Origin: Nemertoderma westbladi
Lineage: Eukaryota > Animalia > Xenacoelomorpha
Direction: 5' to 3'
Assembly (NCBI GenBank): GCA_032718475.1
Contig: JAUCBJ010002639.1
Coordinates: 18,069-82,068 of the forward strand
DNA: 64,000 nucleotides
Each line of letters starts with the position of its first letter. Within the stretch, counting starts at the first letter, position 1. This document shows positions 44,706-57,286 of the stretch, in pieces. The notes beneath the pieces were generated by a model. The model was given only the letters and a program-made list of their open reading frames with translations, ran no database searches and was not told the DNA's origin. Position numbers and translations under genes: made by a program.

Positions 44706-46884
44706 TCTAGGATGTAATCGTTGTCGCTGTTCCGAGCGCGATAGGCTGAATCTCCTCAGATTCTAGACATATTGGTTCGTCTTCCCAGTCTGTTACGAAT
44801 AGAATTTTCGTTATCTATTCTCGGTTTATCGTTACGACGCCGCTGGGTATGATATTTAAATAGAACCATTTCCCTTTCGGTGTCTACATCGTCCGTGTCA
44901 TGTAAATCGATAGGATGGCCGGTAGTTAAGAAGTCCATATACGTACCATTACGATGCGTATAGCGAGCGGTTAATTTTCAATAGTCCAATTCACGCGTAA
45001 GTTGCTCTTGGGACATCGGCGGTTCGATATAACGACCATCGTCCTCCGTAATAGTCGGATCGGCTTCACCGCGTATCAAGCTATCCACAAACGCTTGTAA
45101 AGGTAGAGTATATCACTTTCTAATACCAAGGTCATCTTCTATCAATTCCGTCATATCTGCTATCTGAGTTTATTAATATCAATATAAGTTAATATTTTAG
45201 GCAAGCGGGCGTCACTGCCTACTAGGCTTTTCCCCCCGGACAGTGGGTTTCTCAGCGCCGATGTACCGCTGTCGCAGTGTTTACGCCAACATGTAGCAAC
45301 AGCACGACAACGATAACCGGCACAAGTCCCACCACTGTCCGTCCCAAAAGCTTGAATCCACTTGAGGTTATCTCGGTAGAGTTAGGGCTACTTTACAATT
45401 GCGATTAGCTACTGTAAACACACTTTAGTAGTAACATTCACCTATAAACGCACAAATTCCATACAATCATTACTTATTGCACACATGCATGCCATTTGTC
45501 CGTTAGTCAGTGTCTTCCAGAATGTCACGTTATTACTATGTATCCTTGGATACTAATAGTGCGCTATGTATACTCTTAGGCTACGCAATGGGGCAAGCTT
45601 TTATTGGTCCTTTAACTTGTTTCTAATTCTAGCGTGGGTGTTGCCATGGTGACATTATGGAAAACTAGCGGTAGAATTAGGGCAATCCTCAGGCATACAG
45701 ATCTGGGATGTTATTTAATAGTAATTCTTTAATTGTCAATATCCTCTTTATGCATGATTTTATAAATTTTATCGGCTATTGACTATATGTTGGAGATTCT
45801 CACACTCTAGTACACTCAATATGAATCTCCGCTCCCATGATCTATTAATTACTGGAATTTTGGGAATGTTATAAATTGTACAAAATGACAATTTATGAAA
45901 TTCATTTGAATATGAATTTAAATTTATTCCCGTGAATTTTATTATTTGATGTTAAATTGACATAAATTTTATTCCAGAGCATATCTGGGGACTTAGGATC
46001 CTTAATTCTATAAAATAGTCCTTCTAAGAATATCGGTAAATACTGCGATATCTTAATTGACTAGAAATTTTAAAGGATCGGGATTTTACAGATTTTAATA
46101 AATATTAAATTAATATTTAGGATGGGCACCGATTTATTCCAGAACTGGTCTGGGGACGCTAACCACTGATTCTAGAATTTGTCTTTCAAGTATATCGGTG
46201 GGTGCCACGATATCTTAATCGACTAGAATTACAGATGGTCAAAAGGTTTAACAGCTTTATTTGCGTTTTACGCTACTGTTAGAGGGACATCACGCTACTA
46301 TATGTATTATTTGTTATAAGGTAGAAGAGCAATATCGCACGAAGCAATGTCAGTGTGAAGAGGCAAGTCGTTTCCAAGGTCTACCCAGAGCTTGGTTTAG
46401 CCGAGACACGAGGATCTGAACTTTGCATTCCTAATACTCTGCCTACCAATAATACTTAAATATAGTAGTGGCTTTATTGTACTTTAATAAGTACGGACAT
46501 TTCATCTTACTGTAGTCACGTATTTATAATATGATACGGACAGTAAGGAAAGAGAAAAATAATTATTTCTCGCCGTCGCACTAAATATATATTATAAATA
46601 ATTACGTACGTAATAAACACTAATATATTGCACTAATCTACTAAATAATCCCTAAAATAACATTCTACCAAATAAAATTAAAGAAAACGATTATAATAAT
46701 ATTACATAATAATACATACATAAATATAAAATAAAAACAAATATAAAATGATATAGTCACACACCCACTCCATATGTTATTACGTTATGGAGTCCCTAGA
46801 TATTTGTCGGATTAGGGAAGTGGTCGTAGGAAGAGTATCTTGCCTTCCATAGTTTCCGGACAGTTTTTGGTCTCTTTCCAGTAA

Positions 46885-48933
46885 TCATAAACGACCAGCT
46901 GGGTGATTGGGTTGTCGTGTTACTTTCTCCGCTCCCTTGGCCTGTCTAATCTCAGCCGGGTTAAGGTGGGGAGGCCATTCATCTTCTTCTTTACTTAGGG
47001 AGTCGGATCCACCTAACCAGCCTGGAGTATCTATCAGTTCTTGAGGAGTTGCTCCTCTGGAAGCGATGTCGGCTGGATTAATCGTCCCAAGGCAATGTCT
47101 CCATTGATCTACATTGGAGTTAATATCGTCATTATCTGAGGAGTATGGTGTTCCCTCAGTTGGGTCGTCCACATCACTGCTCTCCACTTCCCCCTTTACT
47201 TGGTATACCTGTTGTTGAGGTAATCTCTCTTTGAGAGTTCTACGGGAAGGGCCAGTGAAGTACCAACCTACTCTAGTTCTTACCGCATAGGTTTGTAGTG
47301 GCTGTGGTTGAGCAGGCCGTTTCTCTAATGGCTCGAGCGCCTCATGCGCGTTTTGGCCGATGAGTATTTGCACTCCAGGATAATCTGTCTGGAATCGAGG
47401 TATCTTAAGATGTTGGATGCTCTCATCCTCGTCCCAATTATAAAGGTCTGCTTGGGTAGTAGCGAAGTTCTTTATAGCCACCATTTTTACTGACCTTATA
47501 CTTTGTGCTCCTAATTTATCCTGGGGGGTGGACAACGCACCTACATAGTAATCTGCCGTTATGGTAGATTTCCAAACCTGCATAATTCCGGATATATTCA
47601 ACTTAGTTTGGAATTTGGGTTGTCCAGCAAAGATATCTTCGGCTAGTTCTTGATCGATGAATGTTCCTGTGCTGCCGGAGTCAAGGAGTGCGTTCACTAT
47701 GTAACTTTTGTTGGGACCGTGAACTCTTACCTGCACTACAGGAAATTCTCTGATTCCTACGTTGGAAGCTGGAGCTTTCCAAGATGGTTGTTTGTCAAAG
47801 GTGGTTGGGGGGAACTCCGTGTCGGTGTCTTTTTCGTACGTAAGTGCTCGATACACTGCGGTATTTATTAGATAACAGGATTCGTTGGCATCGGAGAATT
47901 CGTCCGTATAGAATCCTTCCCACTCAGAACTTTGGTCAGTGTCGTTCACATCACTGAATTGGACATGTGATTTGGGCTCACTTACCTGACTCGGGCTGTT
48001 TCGTTCGAATTCCGTGTGCAACAAGCTATGATGTTTCGCGCCGCACTTAGCACACCTTGCGTCAGAGTTACAGGTTCGCCGCTGGTGTCCGCGTCTGAGA
48101 CAGTTATAACATAACCGCTTATCCCACAGGACTCCACGTCTATCTGCCAGGGATTTCTTTAGGAATTCTGCACACGCACTCAAACGGTGGGGCCCGTTGC
48201 ACAGCGCACATTTTGGTTTGATGTTACTCACCTTAACTTGGTTAACGTTCTGCACTCTCGTTCTTTCTTCGGGCTTTCTTCCGTGGATTCTCTTAGGAGA
48301 CGTAGGAGGAGTTGTTGTTACCTGTTCTCTCCTGTCACTGGTTCGAGACTTGTATTTACTTACGTCTTTATAGGTCTTGTTGTCATAGTAAGATCGTTCG
48401 GTGTCTTTCCCGCTGTCCTCTTCTTGAGAAGCTTGGCTTTCGCCGTCGTCAGTATAACACACTGGTATTATCCTTCTCCTAGAAACGGGTTTCTCACTTA
48501 CCTTATTTTCCGATGTTTTCTCTCTGGACTGCCTTATGAGTTGTAATTTTACTTCACTATCTAAGAAGGACATGAGATCAGCCATGGTAGGGCTTCGGCG
48601 TTGTTGTTCATTCATGTACAACACTTTCTTGTCCCAGCGCGTACATACTCCACCCTTTGGTAAAGTAGAGACTACGGCTCCAATGACCATGGAACTCTGA
48701 TATTCATGCGACTTACCTAACCAGTCCAGTTGTCTACAGATCTCTTGAATTTCATCGGAAAACTCTATAATCCCGCTACTAAGGAAGTGTCGGGGGGCTA
48801 CTAATTTTGCATACAAATACTTGGCTATGTTATCCTTGTTACCATACCTGATGTTTAATGTATCCCAAACTTGTCTTAATCCATCTGGATGTCCAATAAA
48901 CTTTAACGCCATTAACTTGGGAGGTCCTTCCAA
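46885..48933 (-). pseudogene. BEL/Pao Gag C-terminal half + aspartic protease + RNase H tail (RT and integrase absent)
   Basis: Three BEL knuckles 'CALCNGPHRLSAC', 'CYNCLRRGHQRRTC', 'CAKCGAKHHSLLH'; protease 'ALLDSGS'; 'QWRH...NPADIASRG...W..G...EWP'; no YxDD and no integrase. Confidence 0.9.
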
Positions 48934-50960
48934 GCACTTGATGAGGAATCTAGTTTTTCTCCGTTAGATAGTACAGAGTTCTGTATGCTATCTTTGTAAT
49001 ATTCGTTGAAAGGTAACCATTTCATCTCATCTCCATTGAATTTGACGATCTCTCCCACTTTGACCGCTTGGCGGGCTTCTGTTCTAGCCATCTGACGCGT
49101 AAAGCTTTCTTGGGCCATCGTGTTATTTAATATCGAATTATCGGTATATAAATTTCTCGGATCATTATCAGGTCTATAGGGAATGTCATTAATAACAGGT
49201 CTATAATCACCCTTAATAGGGTTTGCTATAGGAGTTTCTACTTCACTAGCAGTATAGATGCGTGTAGGCTCCACACCTTGCGCATGTAATACTTCAGACC
49301 TAACAGGTTGACACAATGTTACAGGGGGTATTGGTATGCCCTTTTGGATATTGACTAATTTGTCGCGTTCTAGTGCGATACTTTGCTGCACTTCTTGCAA
49401 CTCTGCTCTACCTTCCCTCACTGTTCCCTTAAGTTGGTGGACAGTCTCCTGCATCTGTCCTAGCAGGAGATTCATCCCCCGCCGTCCCTCCTCTACCCAC
49501 TCAACCGCCGAAGCGGGAGTCGCCAACATAGTAGCGGGCTGACGCGGGACGACGGGAGACAAATTATTGATTTCTCTCTCTGCTATCTGGACAGGGGTAT
49601 TTGCATGGACTGTTCCACCGGGTACAGGCAGTGTAGTACTATGTAAAGGGAATTTAGAGTTAAGCTCTGGAAGTGTAGGGGTCTCTAGCACAGAAGTGAC
49701 TTTGGGAACTACAGGCCTAATTATTTCAGGTTCATCGACTATAGTAGGGAGTCTTTTGACCTGGATAAATTGTTCTATGGGTTCTGCACTACCTAAATCT
49801 GTGCTAGTTAGCTGTCTTTTAACAGCTGGGGGCAAATCAGGCAATTTGCGACGGTAATATGTTTTTCTACGCCTACTTAGATGAGATCTATTTCCTCCGC
49901 CTTCAGGGTCGGTAGTATCGCCTTCCTCCGAGGATGTGTACCCTTGGCGCTTGGGAGTAGATTTTCTCATCATCTGCATTTGATTAGCAGTAAACTGTTT
50001 ATTTATACTGTCTTGTGTCTCTTGCAGATTTTCCAACTCCAGTTGGGTAGTCTGCTCAAATGCTCTCCTTTCTGCTTCTGCCACTGTTGCCTTTCTTTCG
50101 GCTTCCGCCGCTTTTCTTTCTTCTTCTGCTTCTGCCGCTTTTGCCTTTCTTTCGGCTTCTGCTTCTTTTCTTTCTGCTTCTGCTTCCGCCGCCGCTGCTG
50201 CTGCTACCTTTCTTCTCTCTATCAGTTCTTTCTTTACTTGTTCTTCTCGGACTCTAATGAGGCGGAGTTTTTCATCACATTCAGCTTGGTTTGCAGCTAA
50301 CATTTCGGCATCGATTGCGTCCAACACAAGCTTGGTTCCTTCACTATTAGGGGAAAGTCCAGACAGCCGTCTCCTCAACTCTTCGTCTCCTAGGAATCGC
50401 TGATAGTCGGACAAATAAATGTCGATAGCGTCTCTAGTTCGCGGCTTCTCTGCTGATGTTAATTCGCTTTCCACTTCGCTTTCCACCTCGCTTTCCACTT
50501 CGCTTTCCACCTCACTTTCCACTTCGCTTTCCACCTCACTTTCCACTTGAGAAGAAGTGGCGTCGGTTGATTCCCCACAGGCTGGCCGCCCATCATAAAC
50601 CGTATCCGCCATCTTCGCTCCGCGTTCTGGCGTCCGCTCAACAGTATCCGAACTACTGGAGCTATCGGACCGCTGAGGACCCGGTTCTTGGCTAGGAGGT
50701 TGCTGCTGTTTTATAGCTTCTTCTTGATCCCGCTTGACTTGGGCCCGAGTGCCTATGGCAGACCAACGGCGCTTCACTAACTTCGCAAATTGCGAAATCT
50801 TTTCTACCAACCTAGGTTCTGACACAACCACTGCAGGGGTTGCCCTTCTTACAGTATGAGGGGTTTCAGACCTCGGTCTGGGATTCTCTACACTTTGATC
50901 TGAGAAACAGGCTGTTGTTTCTAGGAGACTATCTGACAGAGTTTGCCTTGTGTCAGCCAT
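48912..50960 (-). pseudogene. BEL/Pao Gag N-terminal half (frameshift at ~48948)
   Basis: Low-complexity (ESEV)n and EAERKA coiled coil, then DUF1759-like 'KFNGDEMKWLPF...LSNGEKL'; adding 1 nt at ~48948 restores 'KLDFLIKCLEGPP' in frame with the next ORF. Confidence 0.85.
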
Positions 50961-52319
50961 GTTTGATTGTACAGTTGAATGCCTACTGCTATATTACAGT
51001 TAAAGCAAGTCTAGTAATTCAGTATCACTGTTAGCCTAATAATTAATTACCGATACTGCTACTCAGTGTAGCGTGATATATATATAATATATTAGAATAC
51101 CGGTATGCTTATAATATATATATAAGTATTATTACAGACTAGATTTGTCACAGAGTACCGGTATATAATTTTAGCACAAATATATATAAATATATAATAG
51201 GCCTATCGTGAATACCGGTATACAGCCTACACTTATAGTATATAAGTATAATTCTGGACTATAATTAATTACAGAGTACCGGTATGATTTCAGCACAAAT
51301 TTATAGAAATAAATATAATAAGCCTATGGTAAATACCGGTATGTCAATTATTTTAGAATAATTGAATTTCTGAATATTTTAGGGCTACTTGGTTACTTTA
51401 ACTTACTTTGTTACCGTTATTTAAGCAGTAGTCCAACTGATAGTGAGACCTAGTTGTTTGTATGACAGGCCTACTATTTATAAATCGTTTGATTTGATTT
51501 ATAATATTTATATACCCGTTATATGGGTTTTTGTCAATATTTGAAATAAATGTTATTATTTCTGGGGGAGTCACTACACAGAAGCTGAACGCCTCTCAGT
51601 GAAGTGCTATTTATTTGACACTAAAACTGATAATTCTAATTTACCTAAGTTACTTAATACTACAAATTACTTACGATATGGGTGAGATTAATTCTCTAAT
51701 TAAACACAACAAAATATTACGTACGAAATTTTTAGGGTAATTTTACAGGAAGTCTACAAACCAGCCTAACAAAGGGTTAGAATTCTGGTTATTACTGTAT
51801 TACTACGGACAGGGTACTACGGTATTTGAAATAATAAGTAGTAGTAAATATATTGTACTGTCCAGATAGGAAAATACCACCGCCTGACGACCTATAACCG
51901 TATCGCTATAGGTACTACGTTATGTATCACGGATTGTTCCTACCCAGAAGCTAATAGAGCTAACGAATGTGCCTATCAACCACTTTACAACACAAATATA
52001 CTGCCTACACTAATTACTTCGGAAGGCACTGTACTCTAAACCCTAAATTAGGTACAAGTACCGGTATAACAAATAATCAGTAGTTAAATATACTTGAACA
52101 GTTAAAAGAACCACGGCATCTGCTGGAGTGACCGAAGCACAAAGTCGTCAGTCTTTACCTACGCCAAGCAGCCCTGATGTAGTACCGGGGTTAGTTTAAC
52201 TATAACGGTATGTATAACAAGCACAATTACTGTAGGAATAAACTTGGGGACATGAATGTTGCGAATAATCGCATAAACTCTGAATAATAAATATTACGCT
52301 ACCCGTACAGAATACTCAA

Positions 52320-52850
52320 ACAAATACAAACCAAAACGCTGGCAGACTACTATCAAGCCTAAACAAACTACAGTATGTGCAGATTCTGAAACTGTTAGTC
52401 AGTATGCGTTCTAACACGGTAGTACGACTTACTCTTTAAGAGGGGATTGACCTTACCGCTTATGGCTGCCCCAACTTACTAACGGCACTTGATCAGACCA
52501 ACTCTACACACGCAGCAATCCCTTCAGACCTAAAAATAGCTAGACAACAATCCAGCCTACAAATATTTGAGTAATAACTATTACGGTACCTGAACAGACC
52601 ACACAAACAAACACAGGCTAAAACACTGGCAGACTACGATCAAGCCTAAATAAACTACAGTATATGCAGACTCTGAAACTGTTAGTTAGTATGCGTTCTA
52701 ACACGGTAGTACGACTTATTCTTTAAGAGGGGATTGACCTTCAGCATATGGCTGCCCCAACTTACTAACGGCACTTTATCAGACAAACTCTACACACGCC
52801 GTAATCTCTCCAAACTCAACAACAGTCAGACAGCAGCTCAGCCTACAACT
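52320..52850. repeat. ~290-bp tandem duplication in the BEL 5' leader
   Basis: CTGGCAGACTAC...GCGTTCTAACACGGTAGTACGACTT...GGCTGCCCCAACTTACTAACGGCACTT...CAGCCTACAA occurs twice. Confidence 0.9.
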
Positions 52851-53297
52851 ATCTGAACAATCTGAGCAGGGTCACACGCCTTCTGCTCAATATTAACTTA
52901 CTAGGAAATAAAACCGACAGAAATAGGTAAAATCTCAATAAAAATTCAGGGCTGCAGTCCCTGATTAAGTACTAAGACCTACCAGTATACAATAATCAAA
53001 ATCGAATAATACTAAATGTACTTGTACAGCAGTACCGGTACCGGTGATGACAGTTAGGCCTACTGACCTACAAAGTACCGGTTCAGTTTTACCAGTCACT
53101 ACGGTATTTTGCAACCTTATTGCCTACTGCAATAAGATTATAAACTGTTACTGTTCGACAGAACAGTATTAAACTGTATTTAATGCTTACACTGCAATAC
53201 AAAGTAACTGTTACTGTTCGACAGAACAGTATTAAACTGTATTTAATGCCTACACTTGCAACCTTATTGCCTACTGCAATAAGATTATAACTGTTAC

Positions 53298-54528
53298 TGT
53301 TCAACGCTTTTGAAGACCTTTAGCAGTTTAACCTGCCAAAATTTATATGTCTTTTAGTTAATTAACACACCTTTAGCATACGACAATATTTTATGCTAAT
53401 ACGCAAAACATTAGCCGAAGCCAGCCCATGCGCGATCATTCACCCGATGGATCTACACCCGGGAGGCTGAATTCGGATGCTTAGATTTTATTATTGCAGT
53501 GTAAGGTTGCAGTGTAAACCTATTGTATTATTCGATAGATCACTAATATGTAATTTCTGACAGATATTATTAACTTTCGGGAAATATTAACAGTTCCTTT
53601 AGGACGTGGCGCTCTATCTATTTAAACAGAGCTAGGACTTATACTAAACGCAACGATAAGGCTTATGATTAAAGTATAAGTCGCATTCTTTAGGAAATGC
53701 TTTGTTACCAGTCACATCACACTCACAATCATGCACACTATTCTGCCGACCGTCAGTATATTTGATCACACATAAAGAGAACAGCAATTGACTCAGGTAG
53801 TGTCTACTAAATAACATTAGATTCAATACACACCACATTGATATAAATCGCAATTGTTATATATAGCCCGCCTCTCTAACCTGTAGTGTATCAAGAAAAT
53901 TGGGAATTTGGGGTGATTTATCCGTATTCTCCAAAGGGCAATATTTCCATCAACAAATAGATACAATTAATAACTGACGGTAAATAGCAGTACAAACAAT
54001 ATGATTAGTGCAGTTAAATTAAGTGAGGTAACACCGCCGGTAACAGTTATACTTTCTATAATCTAAGCAGTTTTACTAGAGTTCTTAGAGCCGGTGTTTC
54101 TGGCTTAGACAGCAATAACAACAAAGTATCAAGTAAAAACAGTAAGACTGAACACTCTCCTTATGATCGGCTGAAAAGCTACACGTCGACAGGAAAAATC
54201 GCTCTGATTGGCTCAAGCCAAACAAAGAACTATGCGTCCAATGGATGTTTCCATGTCAGCAACCAGCTGTTAGATGTCGTAATATGAATCATCACGGCTA
54301 AGCTGTGAAAGGTAGTTGGTGCATTACAGGTTTTTTGCCTTACCATGTCCGCCAAAACACGTATATAGCAGAATGACTTTTATGTCCATTAAAACACCTG
54401 TAACGGTACCTTGCGGGCGAGGGGAATATATATACAGTTAGAGAACCTTTTTAGAGTATTCCAGCGCCTGGGGGGAAACTGGATTGCGAAGCAAAAGGGG
54501 CCAGTTATATCCCACAGAAGCTTTTACA
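53298..54528 (-). repeat. 5' LTR
   Basis: Direct repeat of 42399-43628. Confidence 0.97.
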
Positions 54529-56136
54529 CCGAAGGCCTGGACTACTGGTATTATAGTACCTGTACAAGAGGCAGGGTTGTAGGTAAGATCCTTCTAATTG
54601 GATACTTACCGAAGGCCTGGACTACTGGTATTATAGTACCTGTACAAGAGGCAGGGTTGTAGGTAAGATCCTTCCAATTGGATACTTACCGAAGCCCTGG
54701 ACTACTGGTATTATAGTACCTGTACAAGTGGCAGAGTTGTAGGTAAGATCCTTCTAATTGGATACTTACCGAAGGCCTGGACTACTGGTATTATACAGTA
54801 GTACCTGTACAAGTGGCAGGGTTGTAAGTAAGATCCTTCTAATTGGATACTTACCGAAGGCCTGGACTACTGGTATTATAGTACCTGTACAAGGGGCAGG
54901 GTAGTAGGTAAGATCCTTCTAATTGGATACTTACCGAAGGCCTGGACTACTGGTATTATACAGTAGTACCTGTACAAGTGGCAGGGTTGTAGGTAAGATC
55001 CTTCTAATTGGATACTTACCGAAGGCCTGGACTACTGGTATTATAGTACCTGTACAAGAGGCAGGGTTGTAGGTAAGATACTTCTAATTGGATACTTCAG
55101 TACTTACCGAAGGCCTGGACTACTGGTATTATAGTACCTGTACAAGAGGCAGGGTTGTAGGTAAGATCCTTCTAATTGGATACTTACCGAAGGTCTGGAC
55201 TACTGGTATTATAGTACCTGTACAAGAGGCAGGGTTGTAGGTAAGATCCTTCCAATTGGATACTTACCGAAGCCCTGGACTACTGGTATTATAGTACCTG
55301 TACAAGTGGCAGAGTTGTAGGTAAGATCCTTCCAATTGGATACTTACCGAAGCCCTGGACTACTGGTATTATAGTACCTGTACAAGTGGCAGAGTTGTAG
55401 GTAAGATCCTTCTAATTGGATACTTACCGAAGGCCTGGACTACTGGTATTATAGTACCTGTACAAGAGGCAGGGTTGTAGGTAAGATCCTTCCAATTGGA
55501 TACTTACCGAAGCCCTGGACTACTGGTATTATAGTACCTGTACAAGTGGCAGAGTTGTAGGTAAGATCCTTCCAATTGGATACTTACCGAAGCCCTGGAC
55601 TACTGGTATTATAGTACCTGTACAAGTGGCAGAGTTGTAGGTAAGATCCTTCCAATTGGATACTTACCGAAGCCCTGGACTACTGGTATTATAGTACCTG
55701 TACAAGTGGCAGAGTTGTAGGTAAGATCCTTCCAATTGGATACTTACCGAAGCCCTGGACTACTGGTATTATAGTACCTGTACAAGTGGCAGAGTTGTAG
55801 GTAAGATCCTTCCAATTGGATACTTACCGAAGCCCTGGACTACTGGTATTTTAGTACCTGTACAAGTGGCAGAGTTGTAGGTAAGATCCTTCCAATTGGA
55901 TACTTACCGAAGCCCTGGACTACTGGTATTATAGTACCTATACAAGTGGCAGAGTTGTAGGTAAGATCCTTCCAATTGGATACTTACCGAAGCCCTGGAC
56001 TACTGGTATTATAGTACCTGTACAAGTGGCAGGGTTGTAGGTAAGATCCTTCTAATTGGATACTTACCGAAGCCCTGGACTACTGGTATTATAGTACCTG
56101 TACAAGAGGCAGGTTTGTAGGTAAGATCCTTCTAAT
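54529..56136. repeat. 80-bp satellite array, right part (~20 units)
   Basis: Same unit as 40730-42398; resumes in register after the TSD. Confidence 0.98.
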
Positions 56137-56629
56137 TTTCGTGGATCACGCATTTAAATATAGTATAATAATTATTGTTAGCTACTTTATCTTTCCAGTC
56201 CAATCATTACAGGTGAATCTTAGTTTAATGTTGAAAGTTTGCGATTCAATACTGTGGATATTGTTCCACGAACGAGGAACCTACCGTAATTGTTTCCGGA
56301 CGAGAAACTTACTGTAATTATTACAGGAACGTAACGTAATTGTTCCAAGAACGAGGAACTTACCGTAATTGTTCCCGGACGAGGAACTTACTGTAATTAT
56401 TACAGGAACATAATAATAACAATTCAATATAACATAACATTAATACATTTATGTACTAAATCAATATTAATCATTTAGTGTTGATTTGAAGTTATTGTTT
56501 TTAAGTGGTTAAACTATTGAGTGTTATCATCTCAAATATAATTTTACATGCTACTACAAAAAGTGGGCGTGGCAGAAAATTTTGAAATATTCACCACATT
56601 ACAATATTACAAGAAATCTGAAATGAGTT

Positions 56630-56810
56630 GGGGGACAACTGATAGGAGCTGGTGACAACTGATATGAGCTGGGGACAACTGATATGAGCTGGGGACAACT
56701 GATAGGAGCTGGGGACAACTGATAGGAGCTGGGGACAACTGATAGGAGCTGGGGACAACTGATAAGAGCTGGGGACAACTGATATGAGCTGGGGACAACT
56801 GATATGAGCT
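56630..56810. repeat. 20-bp minisatellite (GATAGGAGCTGGGGACAACT)n
   Basis: About 9 units visible. Confidence 0.95.
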
Positions 56811-57286
56811 GCTATGATATGACATGGATAATGTATATAAACAACGTTCCTCACATCTGATACAATGGTCTGTTTGAGTATAAACTATCTGGACTGTCAG
56901 AGGTGGCAAATTTTAACTCTGAATCTGAAGAGCATTGTGCATCGTTGTACATACGGAATCAGACTTCAGATGGTCTGAATCTGATATCCGATGTGCGCCG
57001 TGCGTCTGATATTAGTCTAATATTGATCGTTAATTAAGGTATCGTTCGTTTATTAGTTACATACCGTATTTGGTATAATTGTTTATTAGGCTAATAATCA
57101 ATAAACTACTCTATATCTAGAACTACAGTAGATATGATAATAATAGTTTTTTTTTATTTAATTTGGCCTCAAATAGGGAATATAAAATCTCAGACAAGAA
57201 ATGTCTTAAATCTATTCCGGCACTATTGGTCTAAACTTCTAACCCTACTTGGATTCGTCTGGCCAAAAAAATTAAAAAATGATTTC

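Larger units (their letters stand above)
42399..54528 (-). mobile_element. Non-autonomous BEL/Pao LTR retrotransposon, 12.1 kb, 5-bp TSD CCGAA
   Basis: TG...CA LTRs of ~1230 bp; TSD at 42394-42398 and 54529-54533; purine-rich GGGAGCGG next to the 3' LTR on the minus strand; BEL Gag-protease present. Confidence 0.95.

Noticed and set aside
48940-48965. Programmed -1 frameshift in BEL gag
   Set aside because: No canonical X XXY YYZ heptamer, and the break falls inside a conserved Gag motif; a 1-nt deletion is simpler
42744-53853. Identical 69-aa ORF at 42744 and 53644
   Set aside because: Lies within the two LTR copies; no evidence of coding function
40730-56136. CRISPR-like array (also considered for 4866-5835)
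   Set aside because: Units are head-to-tail with no unique spacers, there are no cas genes, and the context is eukaryotic
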